Assembly (NCBI GenBank): GCA_963701665.1
Contig: OY969622.1
Span: forward strand, 896,001-960,000
Direction: 5' to 3'
From: Candidatus Babeliales bacterium
GTDB lineage: Bacteria; Babelota; Babeliae; Babelales; JANWKD01
DNA: 64,000 nucleotides
The first letter of the stretch is position 1, and each line of letters starts with the position of its first letter. The position numbers and the translations under genes were made by a program. The notes under the pieces were generated by a model. The model did not search any database and was not told the origin of the DNA. It was given only the letters and a program-made list of their open reading frames with translations. This document shows, piece by piece, positions 38,233 to 47,386 of this stretch.

Positions 38233-41200
38233 TTAAAATGCCGCTGCTCCTATAATTTCAGTTGGCAACGATAAGGAATCGGTATCAGGATCAATGATAA
38301 TATTCACTGCGCCGATAGCAAATGAATGCTCAAACTCCGTTGGATTATTTTGTCTACCTAATAATAATCCTTGTTGAAACTCAATGCGATTAATCAATGA
38401 GCCATCACTTACAAATCCTGCAATACCTACATTGAGCGTACCAGGTGCAAAATTAGCTCGTTTATTACTTGGTGCAACAAACAATACGGAAGGCCCAGCA
38501 TAATTATCAGTTTTCAGATAACTAAACAAATTAGCTGCAGTTACGTTAGTAGGCTGCGGCCCTTTTGATGGATCTGTTAACAGATACTCACCGGCCATCA
38601 TTCCTGAACTCAAGAATGGAGGAGTAAATCCTGCAAATGATGACACCGTAGGATTGATGGAAGTAGGAACTACAGAATCAAGAGCTTGTTGTAATAAGGA
38701 TTGTTGGGCAGGCCCCACGCAGTTAATTATATTAAGAATGGTATCATGACTTCCTAAATTATAAGCCGTGACCTCATTATTTATTTGAGCTAATTGCGCA
38801 TCACTTAAGACCAATAAATGTAACAACTTATCGTTTAATTTTAAGCCGCTACGGGTAGGACCGCTATTAGTTAGTGGTTCCGTGCATTCAATTTGCACCA
38901 TATTCCCACCACCCAAAATAACCGACGTTAGTGGATTAAAGAGGAATGAATAACTACCTTGACTACCAAGAGCCAGTAATGAAGCATTCACGTTATTCCC
39001 ATTGAAAATTTTGTTATGTACAAACGTTCCTTCATTAACGGAAATTGTTAACGTCGTAATATTTGACAAGCAGCTTACCAACCACTCATTAGGTATTGGT
39101 CTTGACTTATCAATCATGCCTACACCAACGCCAAAGAATCCGAGACGATCAATATTAAAGGTAGCGCCTGCACCAGCAAGAAGTAATTGGAATGATACGC
39201 TACGTGTTGGATCAAATGTTGTATCACCTATCTGGAAAACCCCGCCATATAAAGCAGAATTACCTATTTGAATAGATGCTTCATCGGTAAGCTCAAAAAC
39301 AAGATCAGTAACATTCGAACATACTGGGTATGATTCAATACCAAAATAACCGCCAAGAGGAACGAGCATTGATGAACCGCCAGCAAAGTTAACCGTACCC
39401 GTACCGCTCATGATCACTCGAACATTATCAAGACTATCAACGGTGGTTCCTCCTGTTTGTGGAGCACTCGAAGGCAAGATAAGCAGTTGTGCGTTTTCAG
39501 TAAAGAGCAGCGTACCACCACCAAGCACTATACGTGCACCCGGTTCACATATTAACGATACTGCACCATCAATTGAAAGTATCTGATCGGGTGTAGTGAA
39601 TTGTGATAGATCTAACACGCCAGGTGCTTTTATACGCAGCTCGCGCGGTGTTGATGCAGTTATATGCAATACATTTAGTCCATTAACACCAAAATTCGTA
39701 CCAGTTAGAATATGACATACGTTATTAACGATAATATCTTCATTAAGTTCGATTGTCCCATCACCATTCGGCACTAACGTTACGCCATTAACACCAAGAA
39801 CAACGGATCCTTGCAATGCATCAATATCTTTATGAGTTGTTCCTAAACCAACATAACCATCATTTTGTACGACAACGAGTCCTGTTGGCGCTTGAGCTGA
39901 ATTGTATCCTTGAATAAATACTAATTCTCTCACAAGCCCACCATCAACTAAAATATTTGCAGGATCACCTATACGAGCACGCAATATTTGTAATTGATCA
40001 ACTGTACCTTGAACTGTTGGCAACGCATTGAGGTTTTGTGGAATGATAGGTGCAGCAGCACAAGGCGCTGGAATTTCTTCTATTTCGTAAGGAATAAAGC
40101 ACGTTGGCGTAATAACAGTTGAATCACAGCAGTATGCTTTTTGTATAGCACCCCAATCAAGCGTATAATCGGAGAATGTTTGTCCAGCTGCAATAATCAC
40201 TACCTGCGTTGGATCATTTAAGTTAAGATTCCATTGAGCAACACCGATTTCAGGATCAAAGAAAACACTGTTATATGGTAAATTAATTACACCGCCCCGA
40301 CTCGTTGCAATCATAGCACCAATATTTGCAATTCTATTATCCAATACCTGGAATTGGCCAAGCGCATCGACAAAAATACCGCCTTGTCCAGTTGTTGCAC
40401 TTGAAGGAGGATATGCTAGTTCTCCGCCACGGGATTCAAATGAAATGTATACACTTTCAACTAATAAAGCAGCTGTAACCGTTAAGACAAATGGCAGACC
40501 AGTATTAACATCAATACCTGTTGCTCCATTAGTACCAATTGAAATATTCGTTTCATTGTTCAGGTAGATAGTTTGAATAGCAAATTGATTAGAAATATCA
40601 CCTGTGATGCCTTGAATAGTACAATCATCGTTAACGGCTGTTAAAATATAAAGATTGATTTCGCCAGGACTTGGATCGGTAACTTCCTGGTATATATTCA
40701 AATGTGATGCCATATCAGTTGTCGTAATGCATGTATCAAAACAAATATCGGTACCTAAAATCATATTACGGCCATAGCCATCGTCGATACAACGACCATT
40801 GTTATAAAAGATAAAGGAACTGTTGTTACTACCACCAACTAAGTTAGGTACTAAGAAATCAACACCAGTTGAAGCAACACTCGTCTGTACTCTAAACGCG
40901 CTATTGTAGAAGGCAATCAGAGGTCGAGGTTGGCCTGCATGGCAAGAGAATAAATAACTATCACCGCCTACATAGGTTGGCTCAGAGAATAAATTTGGAT
41001 TACCAAGATTGAATTCTTCAAATACTGCGTGGTTAAAATCATTATGAGTCAGTGAAAGATTACTAAGATTCAAGCGATTGTTGATTAAGAAAGCTCCACT
41101 GTTATAACGAAGATAATTTCCTTGCGCATCAACAGCAAATGTTCTTTGTGGGAATGCAAGAAGCGGTGAATTTTCAGTTACTGGGCACCCTGTCTGATTT

Positions 41201-42579
41201 ACTTCTAATGATAAAATATTAACAACGTTTGTATTACTCGAGTTGCCAATAATGCTTGCATAAGCTTCTACGTCAAATACAATATTACCTGCACAAGGGG
41301 TAATTGCTGAAAAGGCTACTATATAGTCAGGCGAAACATTTCCACAATTATCAACACCTGAAAGGAAATAAAGTGCTGACGTTCCTTCTAAGAGTATTTG
41401 TGCTTGATTCATGTTGTTAGTATTCAAACCATCAACAATAAACGCAGAACCATTTCTTAAGCGCTGCATTTGTTGCGGCATACCACAGCCCGATGGGAGT
41501 GTAAAGATACAGCACACGTTCGTCGCAGTACCAATATATTCAAGGTACGTACCATCTGACACCGTTAACGTAGAAGGAGCAACTAAAATGAAGCCAGTTT
41601 GAGGAGTATTTAAATTTGGTGAACCATTGTGTTGGCAGAACGGATCACTAAATAAATCCGTACATTGAGTATTGCCGTTAACAATTTGCAATGCAGCTGT
41701 ATTTCCTGGTGTAATTAATTCAGATTCTGGATCAATGGTAAACTGTGGCGTACCATTTGCCAATGTTGTTAAACTGATATTGCTAATCATCAAATTAGGA
41801 TTACTAAGACCACCTGATACGAAATAAGCTCCGATGATTACTGCCCCGGTATTTTCTATCGTAAGAACGCCACCAACACTTGATGATGAATTAACTCCTG
41901 GGCTAAATTCAATTTCTCCCTCTGCCACTAATAATGAATTATCCGATATGTAGCCCATTATTGATTCAGGACCAACATCTACATTGAACGGTAGTGTAGG
42001 ATTATTTACTGAATGTGCAAACTGAACTGTTGGTGCACCTCCAATTGGCCCAAGCCCAACATAAAACTGTGTACCGCCAGAGTTGGTACTTGATTGCGTA
42101 AAGCTCACCGTTGTACCACCATCCATCAAAAAGACAACAGTACCAGCCCCAGAAACTGTCACTAAAAGATCTGGAGTAGCTGCAGTTGAAGTCACATTAC
42201 CTTCAAAGCTAAGATCATCTGATACTTGGAACGTTATGGTGCGACCTAGGCTGGCATAGAGATATAATCGTGAGGGATTAGTTGGAGCACCGTCACAACG
42301 ATTACGTGATCCGGTAATGACAGAATCACCGCTCGTTATGGTAATTAAAATGTCACATGCCAATGACTGAACACTAATACCATTAACAAGCGCATTGGTA
42401 CCACTAATATCAATGTTCGAGTTAATAACATTTGAAACGACACCGCTACTTGAACATCCACTTAAATTATGCCAGTTAACTGTCGGTCCGCCGCAGGGTG
42501 CCGCAAATATATTGGGGACAATACCCAACAGAAAAACCCAAAAAATTTGCTTATAACTACTGAGAAATTTTTTTCTCAT
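38233..42579 (-). CDS. Large secreted G/S/T/N/C-rich protein, putative beta-helical surface protein or adhesin
   Basis: 1448 aa; signal peptide ending IFA; very few Lys; many Cys; repeated beta-solenoid-like segments. Confidence 0.65.
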   Translation of the reverse strand: MRKKFLSSYKQIFWVFLLGIVPNIFAAPCGGPTVNWHNLSGCSSSGVVSNVINSNIDISGTNALVNGISVQSLACDILITITSGDSVITGSRNRCDGAPTNPSRLYLYASLGRTITFQVSDDLSFEGNVTSTAATPDLLVTVSGAGTVVFLMDGGTTVSFTQSSTNSGGTQFYVGLGPIGGAPTVQFAHSVNNPTLPFNVDVGPESIMGYISDNSLLVAEGEIEFSPGVNSSSSVGGVLTIENTGAVIIGAYFVSGGLSNPNLMISNISLTTLANGTPQFTIDPESELITPGNTAALQIVNGNTQCTDLFSDPFCQHNGSPNLNTPQTGFILVAPSTLTVSDGTYLEYIGTATNVCCIFTLPSGCGMPQQMQRLRNGSAFIVDGLNTNNMNQAQILLEGTSALYFLSGVDNCGNVSPDYIVAFSAITPCAGNIVFDVEAYASIIGNSSNTNVVNILSLEVNQTGCPVTENSPLLAFPQRTFAVDAQGNYLRYNSGAFLINNRLNLSNLSLTHNDFNHAVFEEFNLGNPNLFSEPTYVGGDSYLFSCHAGQPRPLIAFYNSAFRVQTSVASTGVDFLVPNLVGGSNNSSFIFYNNGRCIDDGYGRNMILGTDICFDTCITTTDMASHLNIYQEVTDPSPGEINLYILTAVNDDCTIQGITGDISNQFAIQTIYLNNETNISIGTNGATGIDVNTGLPFVLTVTAALLVESVYISFESRGGELAYPPSSATTGQGGIFVDALGQFQVLDNRIANIGAMIATSRGGVINLPYNSVFFDPEIGVAQWNLNLNDPTQVVIIAAGQTFSDYTLDWGAIQKAYCCDSTVITPTCFIPYEIEEIPAPCAAAPIIPQNLNALPTVQGTVDQLQILRARIGDPANILVDGGLVRELVFIQGYNSAQAPTGLVVVQNDGYVGLGTTHKDIDALQGSVVLGVNGVTLVPNGDGTIELNEDIIVNNVCHILTGTNFGVNGLNVLHITASTPRELRIKAPGVLDLSQFTTPDQILSIDGAVSLICEPGARIVLGGGTLLFTENAQLLILPSSAPQTGGTTVDSLDNVRVIMSGTGTVNFAGGSSMLVPLGGYFGIESYPVCSNVTDLVFELTDEASIQIGNSALYGGVFQIGDTTFDPTRSVSFQLLLAGAGATFNIDRLGFFGVGVGMIDKSRPIPNEWLVSCLSNITTLTISVNEGTFVHNKIFNGNNVNASLLALGSQGSYSFLFNPLTSVILGGGNMVQIECTEPLTNSGPTRSGLKLNDKLLHLLVLSDAQLAQINNEVTAYNLGSHDTILNIINCVGPAQQSLLQQALDSVVPTSINPTVSSFAGFTPPFLSSGMMAGEYLLTDPSKGPQPTNVTAANLFSYLKTDNYAGPSVLFVAPSNKRANFAPGTLNVGIAGFVSDGSLINRIEFQQGLLLGRQNNPTEFEHSFAIGAVNIIIDPDTDSLSLPTEIIGAAAF

Positions 42580-42814
42580 ATTTCTCTTCCTTTTTTAAAT
42601 TAGAAGTTTAATTTTTCTAAGTAATAATAATAAACAAGCTGTTAAAGCTGATTATTCTTATTGTCTATTTCCTTGCGCACCTCCGTTAATTCGTAAAAAA
42701 ATGGTAACTATATTGCATCTAATGCTACTTGTTTAGATAACACAAAATATTTTTCGCGTAAGAGCCTGTGCAACATTATTAAAATGGTTAAAAAGAAATG
42801 TCAAGGCTTTTGTC

Positions 42815-43900
42815 TTAGTTTGCCTTGAGAGAGATCCAGATATCGTTGATGACATCCTTTGAAATAACATTCCTGAAGAAATCCAAGTGAATAGATTCAT
42901 TAAAATGAGCATTATAGATAGAAGAATTTTTAGGATCTTTTTGCAATAAGGTTGCTAGATCGATCGTTGCAGGAAAAAAAGTAAAGGTATTAAAATGAAA
43001 TGTAATTACTTCGGGTTCATACAAAAAATTAAGCAGTTCATATACGAGGTCAGTTTTTGTACTTGCTTTAGGAATAACCCAATTATCGGTAATCATGAAA
43101 GAACCTTCTTTAGGAACCACAAAATCCACCGTTGGATTAACTTTCATTAATCTAACAATAAATGGTGTCGTAATTACGACAATAGGCGATGCCTTTGATA
43201 ATAATAAATAATCAGCACGAAATTCTGTATATGCTTCAACCCATTTTTTTTGTTCAATTAATAAAGATTTAATTGCAGATTTTTTTTCTTCATTCAAGCC
43301 ATCAATACTATTAAACAGATAATACGCCGTTAATAATATCGCTTCTCGCGGCGTATCGAGCATACCAATTTTAGCATCATCTTGCTGCGCATAAATCAAT
43401 CGCCATGATTCATCGGGAATTTTATTGCCAAAATATGCACTATCAACTCCAAGTCCATAAATTCCCCAATAATAAGGAATTGAATAGCGATTACCCGGGT
43501 CAAAATAACAATCGAGTAAACGAGTGACTATCCTATGCCATTGAGTAAATTTTTTCTTATCGAGTGGTTGTAATAAATCTTCCTGTATTAATTGTTGTAT
43601 AGCATAATCACTCGGCACAATAAGATCATAACCGACACCTTTTGTAGCTTTCATTTTTACTAATAATTCATCATTATTATCAAAGTAACTTATGTTAACG
43701 CTGATGCCGCTCTTTTCATAAAATTTTTGTAACATCTCTTCATCAATCATATCAGACCATGTTGCAACATTAATCGAACGATCCGTCTGCGAGCCTTTAA
43801 ATAAAATAGGAAGATAGAGAAAATTAAAAAAAAGTGTTCCCCAAAAAATCACGATGAAAACTTTTAAGAAAGCTTGTTTTAGTTCTGTTGCACCATACAT
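42815..43900 (-). CDS. potD: Spermidine/putrescine ABC transporter substrate-binding protein
   Basis: GYDLIVPSDY, YSIPYYWG, PKEGS..TDNWVIP; operon context. Confidence 0.9.
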   Translation of the reverse strand: MYGATELKQAFLKVFIVIFWGTLFFNFLYLPILFKGSQTDRSINVATWSDMIDEEMLQKFYEKSGISVNISYFDNNDELLVKMKATKGVGYDLIVPSDYAIQQLIQEDLLQPLDKKKFTQWHRIVTRLLDCYFDPGNRYSIPYYWGIYGLGVDSAYFGNKIPDESWRLIYAQQDDAKIGMLDTPREAILLTAYYLFNSIDGLNEEKKSAIKSLLIEQKKWVEAYTEFRADYLLLSKASPIVVITTPFIVRLMKVNPTVDFVVPKEGSFMITDNWVIPKASTKTDLVYELLNFLYEPEVITFHFNTFTFFPATIDLATLLQKDPKNSSIYNAHFNESIHLDFFRNVISKDVINDIWISLKAN

Positions 43901-44673
43901 TAGAAAATCCTAATTTTTGATTTGAGTGAGCAAAATGCAAGAACACCAATACTGCTCATCAGCAACAATACCGTTGACAGTGCATTAATCTCTGGCGAAA
44001 TACCACTACGTATAAGTGCAAAAATATATAAAGGCAATGTTTGCGCAGAAGTTCCCGCACAAAAGAAAGCCAACAAAAAATCATCAAAAGAAATTACAAA
44101 AACTAATAAACCCGCAGCAATCAGGGCTGGCAGAAGTAGCGGCAGAACAATACGAAAAAATGTTTGATTTAATGACGCACCAAGATCAAGGGAGGCTTCA
44201 ATGAGAGAATAATCCAACTCCTTAAAACGTGATGATAAAATGGGAACAACGTAGCCAAATCCCAAAACTGTATGCGCCGCTATTAAAGCAAGCAGTCCTG
44301 TAGGAATCGCAAAAAAAGTAAACAGCATCAGTAAACTGACGGCCAAAATTATTTCTGGAAAAATTAAATTACCATAAAAGAGGGGAATGGTACGCTCAAA
44401 AGCGCTACGAGCACTGTAAAATATGAACGTAACGCCCATTGTCAAGGTTAAAGTAACTGAGCTTATTGCAACAATGAACGAATTTTTTACCGCATGCCAA
44501 ATCTCTGTCGAATTGAGTAGTTCTCTATACCATTCTAGAGAAAAGCCTACCCAGCGATAGGGAAATGCTATTTTATTGCATGAAAAAATAATCAGAACAA
44601 TAATGGGTAAATAAATAAAACTAAAAATAAGAAAAATAAAAGTCGGAAAAAGTGATTTTTTAAGAAACTGCAT
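43900..44673 (-). CDS. potC: Spermidine/putrescine ABC transporter permease
   Basis: YLPI..LIIFS, FSLEWY, EASLDLGA, SFDDF, TLPLYIF. Confidence 0.92.
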   Translation of the reverse strand: MQFLKKSLFPTFIFLIFSFIYLPIIVLIIFSCNKIAFPYRWVGFSLEWYRELLNSTEIWHAVKNSFIVAISSVTLTLTMGVTFIFYSARSAFERTIPLFYGNLIFPEIILAVSLLMLFTFFAIPTGLLALIAAHTVLGFGYVVPILSSRFKELDYSLIEASLDLGASLNQTFFRIVLPLLLPALIAAGLLVFVISFDDFLLAFFCAGTSAQTLPLYIFALIRSGISPEINALSTVLLLMSSIGVLAFCSLKSKIRIF

Positions 44674-45512
44674 TACTCAGCCTCCTTTTTGCCAACAGGA
44701 AATGCTTTCCCAATAATAAGACTAATGAAAAAAACAGTCGCAAATAATATGCAGCTACTCACAACGGTAAATGCTGAGCCCATGTACTTATCTTGTCCGA
44801 TTAAAAAATAATGAGAAATAACGGTACCCACAAACATGTATTTATCACCACCGACCAGTAACGGAATTACAAATTCAGCAAACGCCGGAACAAATACTAG
44901 AAGAAATCCCGCTTTGATCCCCGGCAATGTTATGGGGACAATTACATGCCACAAGGTTTGGAATTGATTAGCTCCTAAATCTTTTGAAGCTTCAATTAAT
45001 TGTAGGTCGAATTTTTCAAGTACGCTAAAAAGCGGCATAATCATAAACGGCAAATAACAATAAAACATCACCAATATAATTGAAAAAAAATTATTGATGA
45101 GCGCGATTGGTTCATGAATAAGCCCGAGATTCATTAATAAATTGTTGAGCAATCCATCTCGATCAAGAATAAAGAACCATGCGTACGTCAGAACGAGAAG
45201 ATTTGTCCAAAAAGGCAGAATAACAAAAAAAAGGAAAATGTTTTTTAATGATCGCTTCTTGAGCGCTATATAATAAGCGAGGGGATAGCCAACACTCAAA
45301 CAGAGTGACGCGGTTATGAAAGCAAGCACAAGCGAGCGCAGGATTATTAAAAAATAAACACTATTCCATAAGGCGAGGTAATTTTTTAACGTGTATAACA
45401 AATGATGTGAATCACTAAAACTTAAAACGAGAACAAATGTCAAAGGCACATAAAAGAATAGTAATTGCCACAACAGTGCCGGCACAACTTTACAAAAAGA
45501 TGAATTATTCAT
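44673..45512 (-). CDS. potB: Spermidine/putrescine ABC transporter permease
   Basis: GYPLAY, LPFWTNLL, YLPFMIMPL, EASKDLGA; ATGA-coupled to potA. Confidence 0.92.
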   Translation of the reverse strand: MNNSSFCKVVPALLWQLLFFYVPLTFVLVLSFSDSHHLLYTLKNYLALWNSVYFLIILRSLVLAFITASLCLSVGYPLAYYIALKKRSLKNIFLFFVILPFWTNLLVLTYAWFFILDRDGLLNNLLMNLGLIHEPIALINNFFSIILVMFYCYLPFMIMPLFSVLEKFDLQLIEASKDLGANQFQTLWHVIVPITLPGIKAGFLLVFVPAFAEFVIPLLVGGDKYMFVGTVISHYFLIGQDKYMGSAFTVVSSCILFATVFFISLIIGKAFPVGKKEAE

Positions 45513-46594
45513 TTTTCTAACAACACCACATTTTCTTTTTGCCAATACAAATTCACCGTTGAACCATAATCAATCACTTGTCGAGGGAAATGTTCTTCAT
45601 TTTGCTCAAATGCACTCAACAATTGATCATTCTTTAAGCGCACATTGTATTGCGTTGATCTACCTTGGTATACAATCGATTCAACAACACCCGTAAGATG
45701 ATTTGAAAAACCAGGCGTTTCTCCAATGCTGATCCAAACTTTTTCAGGACGCAAACTAATGTAAATTGGTTTTCCCTCAAAGACAACTTTAGTTTCAGGA
45801 ACTGACACTTGAAAAGTACCTAAATCTGGTATAACAATTGAAGGCACTGGATCGGCATGATAAGTACCTTTTAGAATATTCGTCGTACCAACAAATTTGG
45901 CAACAAAAATTGAAACGGGGAATTCATAAATTTCTTTTGGCGTCCCAATCTGTTCGATTTCTCCATCGTGATTCATGATCGCCATTTGATCAGCAACGGT
46001 CAACGCTTCAAATTGATCATGCGTAACATACACAAATGTAGTCTGTAATTTACTTTGCAAATCAATCAATTCAATAAGAACTTTTTCTCGCAATTTTAGA
46101 TCGAGTGCTGTTAATGGTTCATCTAAGAGCAAAACGTCCGGCTCATTAATGATTGCGCGCGCAAGAGCAACGCGTTGTTTTTGACCGCCAGAAAGCTGAT
46201 CAATATATTTTGTTGCAAGTTGCTCCAAATGCACGGTTCTTAAAACCTTCATTACCTTTTCTCTTACCACGGCACGCGGAAATCCTTTTATTTTTTGACT
46301 GTAAGCAACATTGTCAAAAACGCTTAAATGAGGGAAAAGCGCATAATTTTGAAATACCGTGTTAATATGACGTTTATTACTTGGTAGATTAGTGATTTCC
46401 TCATCACCTAAAAAGATCTTACCGCCGTTAACCTGCTCAAAACCACCTATCAGACGAAGTAAGGTCGTTTTGCCACATCCACTCGGACCTAATAATGCAA
46501 AAATTTGCCCTGCCGGAATGGTCAATGAGAGATTATCAAGAATCTTCTCGCCATCATAGGCTTTCTTGATATTTTCGAGTCTTATACTTTTCAT
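45509..46594 (-). CDS. potA: Spermidine/putrescine ABC transporter ATP-binding protein
   Basis: GPSGCGKTT, VFQNYALFPH, LSGGQKQR, LLDEP, VTHDQ; start MKSIRL. Confidence 0.95.
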   Translation of the reverse strand: MKSIRLENIKKAYDGEKILDNLSLTIPAGQIFALLGPSGCGKTTLLRLIGGFEQVNGGKIFLGDEEITNLPSNKRHINTVFQNYALFPHLSVFDNVAYSQKIKGFPRAVVREKVMKVLRTVHLEQLATKYIDQLSGGQKQRVALARAIINEPDVLLLDEPLTALDLKLREKVLIELIDLQSKLQTTFVYVTHDQFEALTVADQMAIMNHDGEIEQIGTPKEIYEFPVSIFVAKFVGTTNILKGTYHADPVPSIVIPDLGTFQVSVPETKVVFEGKPIYISLRPEKVWISIGETPGFSNHLTGVVESIVYQGRSTQYNVRLKNDQLLSAFEQNEEHFPRQVIDYGSTVNLYWQKENVVLLEK

Positions 46595-47297
46595 TATCTT
46601 TTCTCGATTTTGCAAAGAACATCGGAACAACAACATCAGCGAGTGTGCATGGTACAACCACGGCAATAACTAAAAAAACAAATAAAAGACCCATTTGGGG
46701 ATACCAATTATCAAACCCTTCAGATACTAAATAAAAAAGTGAGGCTAAAGAGCTTATAAGAATGTGCCCAAAATGTGAACCTACTGAATAGAATGGTTTG
46801 AGTGATGATACATGCTTACTCATCACAATACCATTTATAAGGCCAATACTTAAAAAGGGAATAATATTATGAAGTTCGGAAGCAAAACAAAGATGGAACC
46901 TCATATTTACACCCAGCATCAGACCGGCAATATAGGGCAAGATAACATCTGATAGTGTGCAAAAAATAATTGATGAAACTACTGCTACCACAGCGCCGCG
47001 TATTAAATTGGCAGAAAACCGCGAAAACATAATCAAGGAACCGGTGACAGCAAAAATAATATGCAAAAAGTGAAAGCTATGGAACAATAAATGAGCACCA
47101 TGCATCCCATGCGCGTGTTCTGCGCATACATGACCATGATGACCACTATTCAATCCAAAAACGTCTAAAATACTCAGAATGACTAAACCGATAGCAACTG
47201 AAAAAATTGCATAGGGTAGATGATGAGCAAGTTCACCTCTTAACCCATGATCGTGATCATGGTGATGAATTTGACAAGTATCTAATTCTTTACTCAT
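46554..47297 (-). CDS. His-rich polytopic membrane protein (possible metal transporter)
   Basis: HHHDHDH N-terminus; intramembrane HSFHFLH, CTLSD and HFGH motifs. Confidence 0.7.
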   Translation of the reverse strand: MSKELDTCQIHHHDHDHGLRGELAHHLPYAIFSVAIGLVILSILDVFGLNSGHHGHVCAEHAHGMHGAHLLFHSFHFLHIIFAVTGSLIMFSRFSANLIRGAVVAVVSSIIFCTLSDVILPYIAGLMLGVNMRFHLCFASELHNIIPFLSIGLINGIVMSKHVSSLKPFYSVGSHFGHILISSLASLFYLVSEGFDNWYPQMGLLFVFLVIAVVVPCTLADVVVPMFFAKSRKDNEKYKTRKYQESL

Positions 47298-47386
47298 AAC
47301 TCCAATTTCCTTATTTAAATATTTATAGCAAATATATCTTTTTTAACTATAAAGCGTTTTCTTGAAGAAATCAAAAAAAAAGAAGC

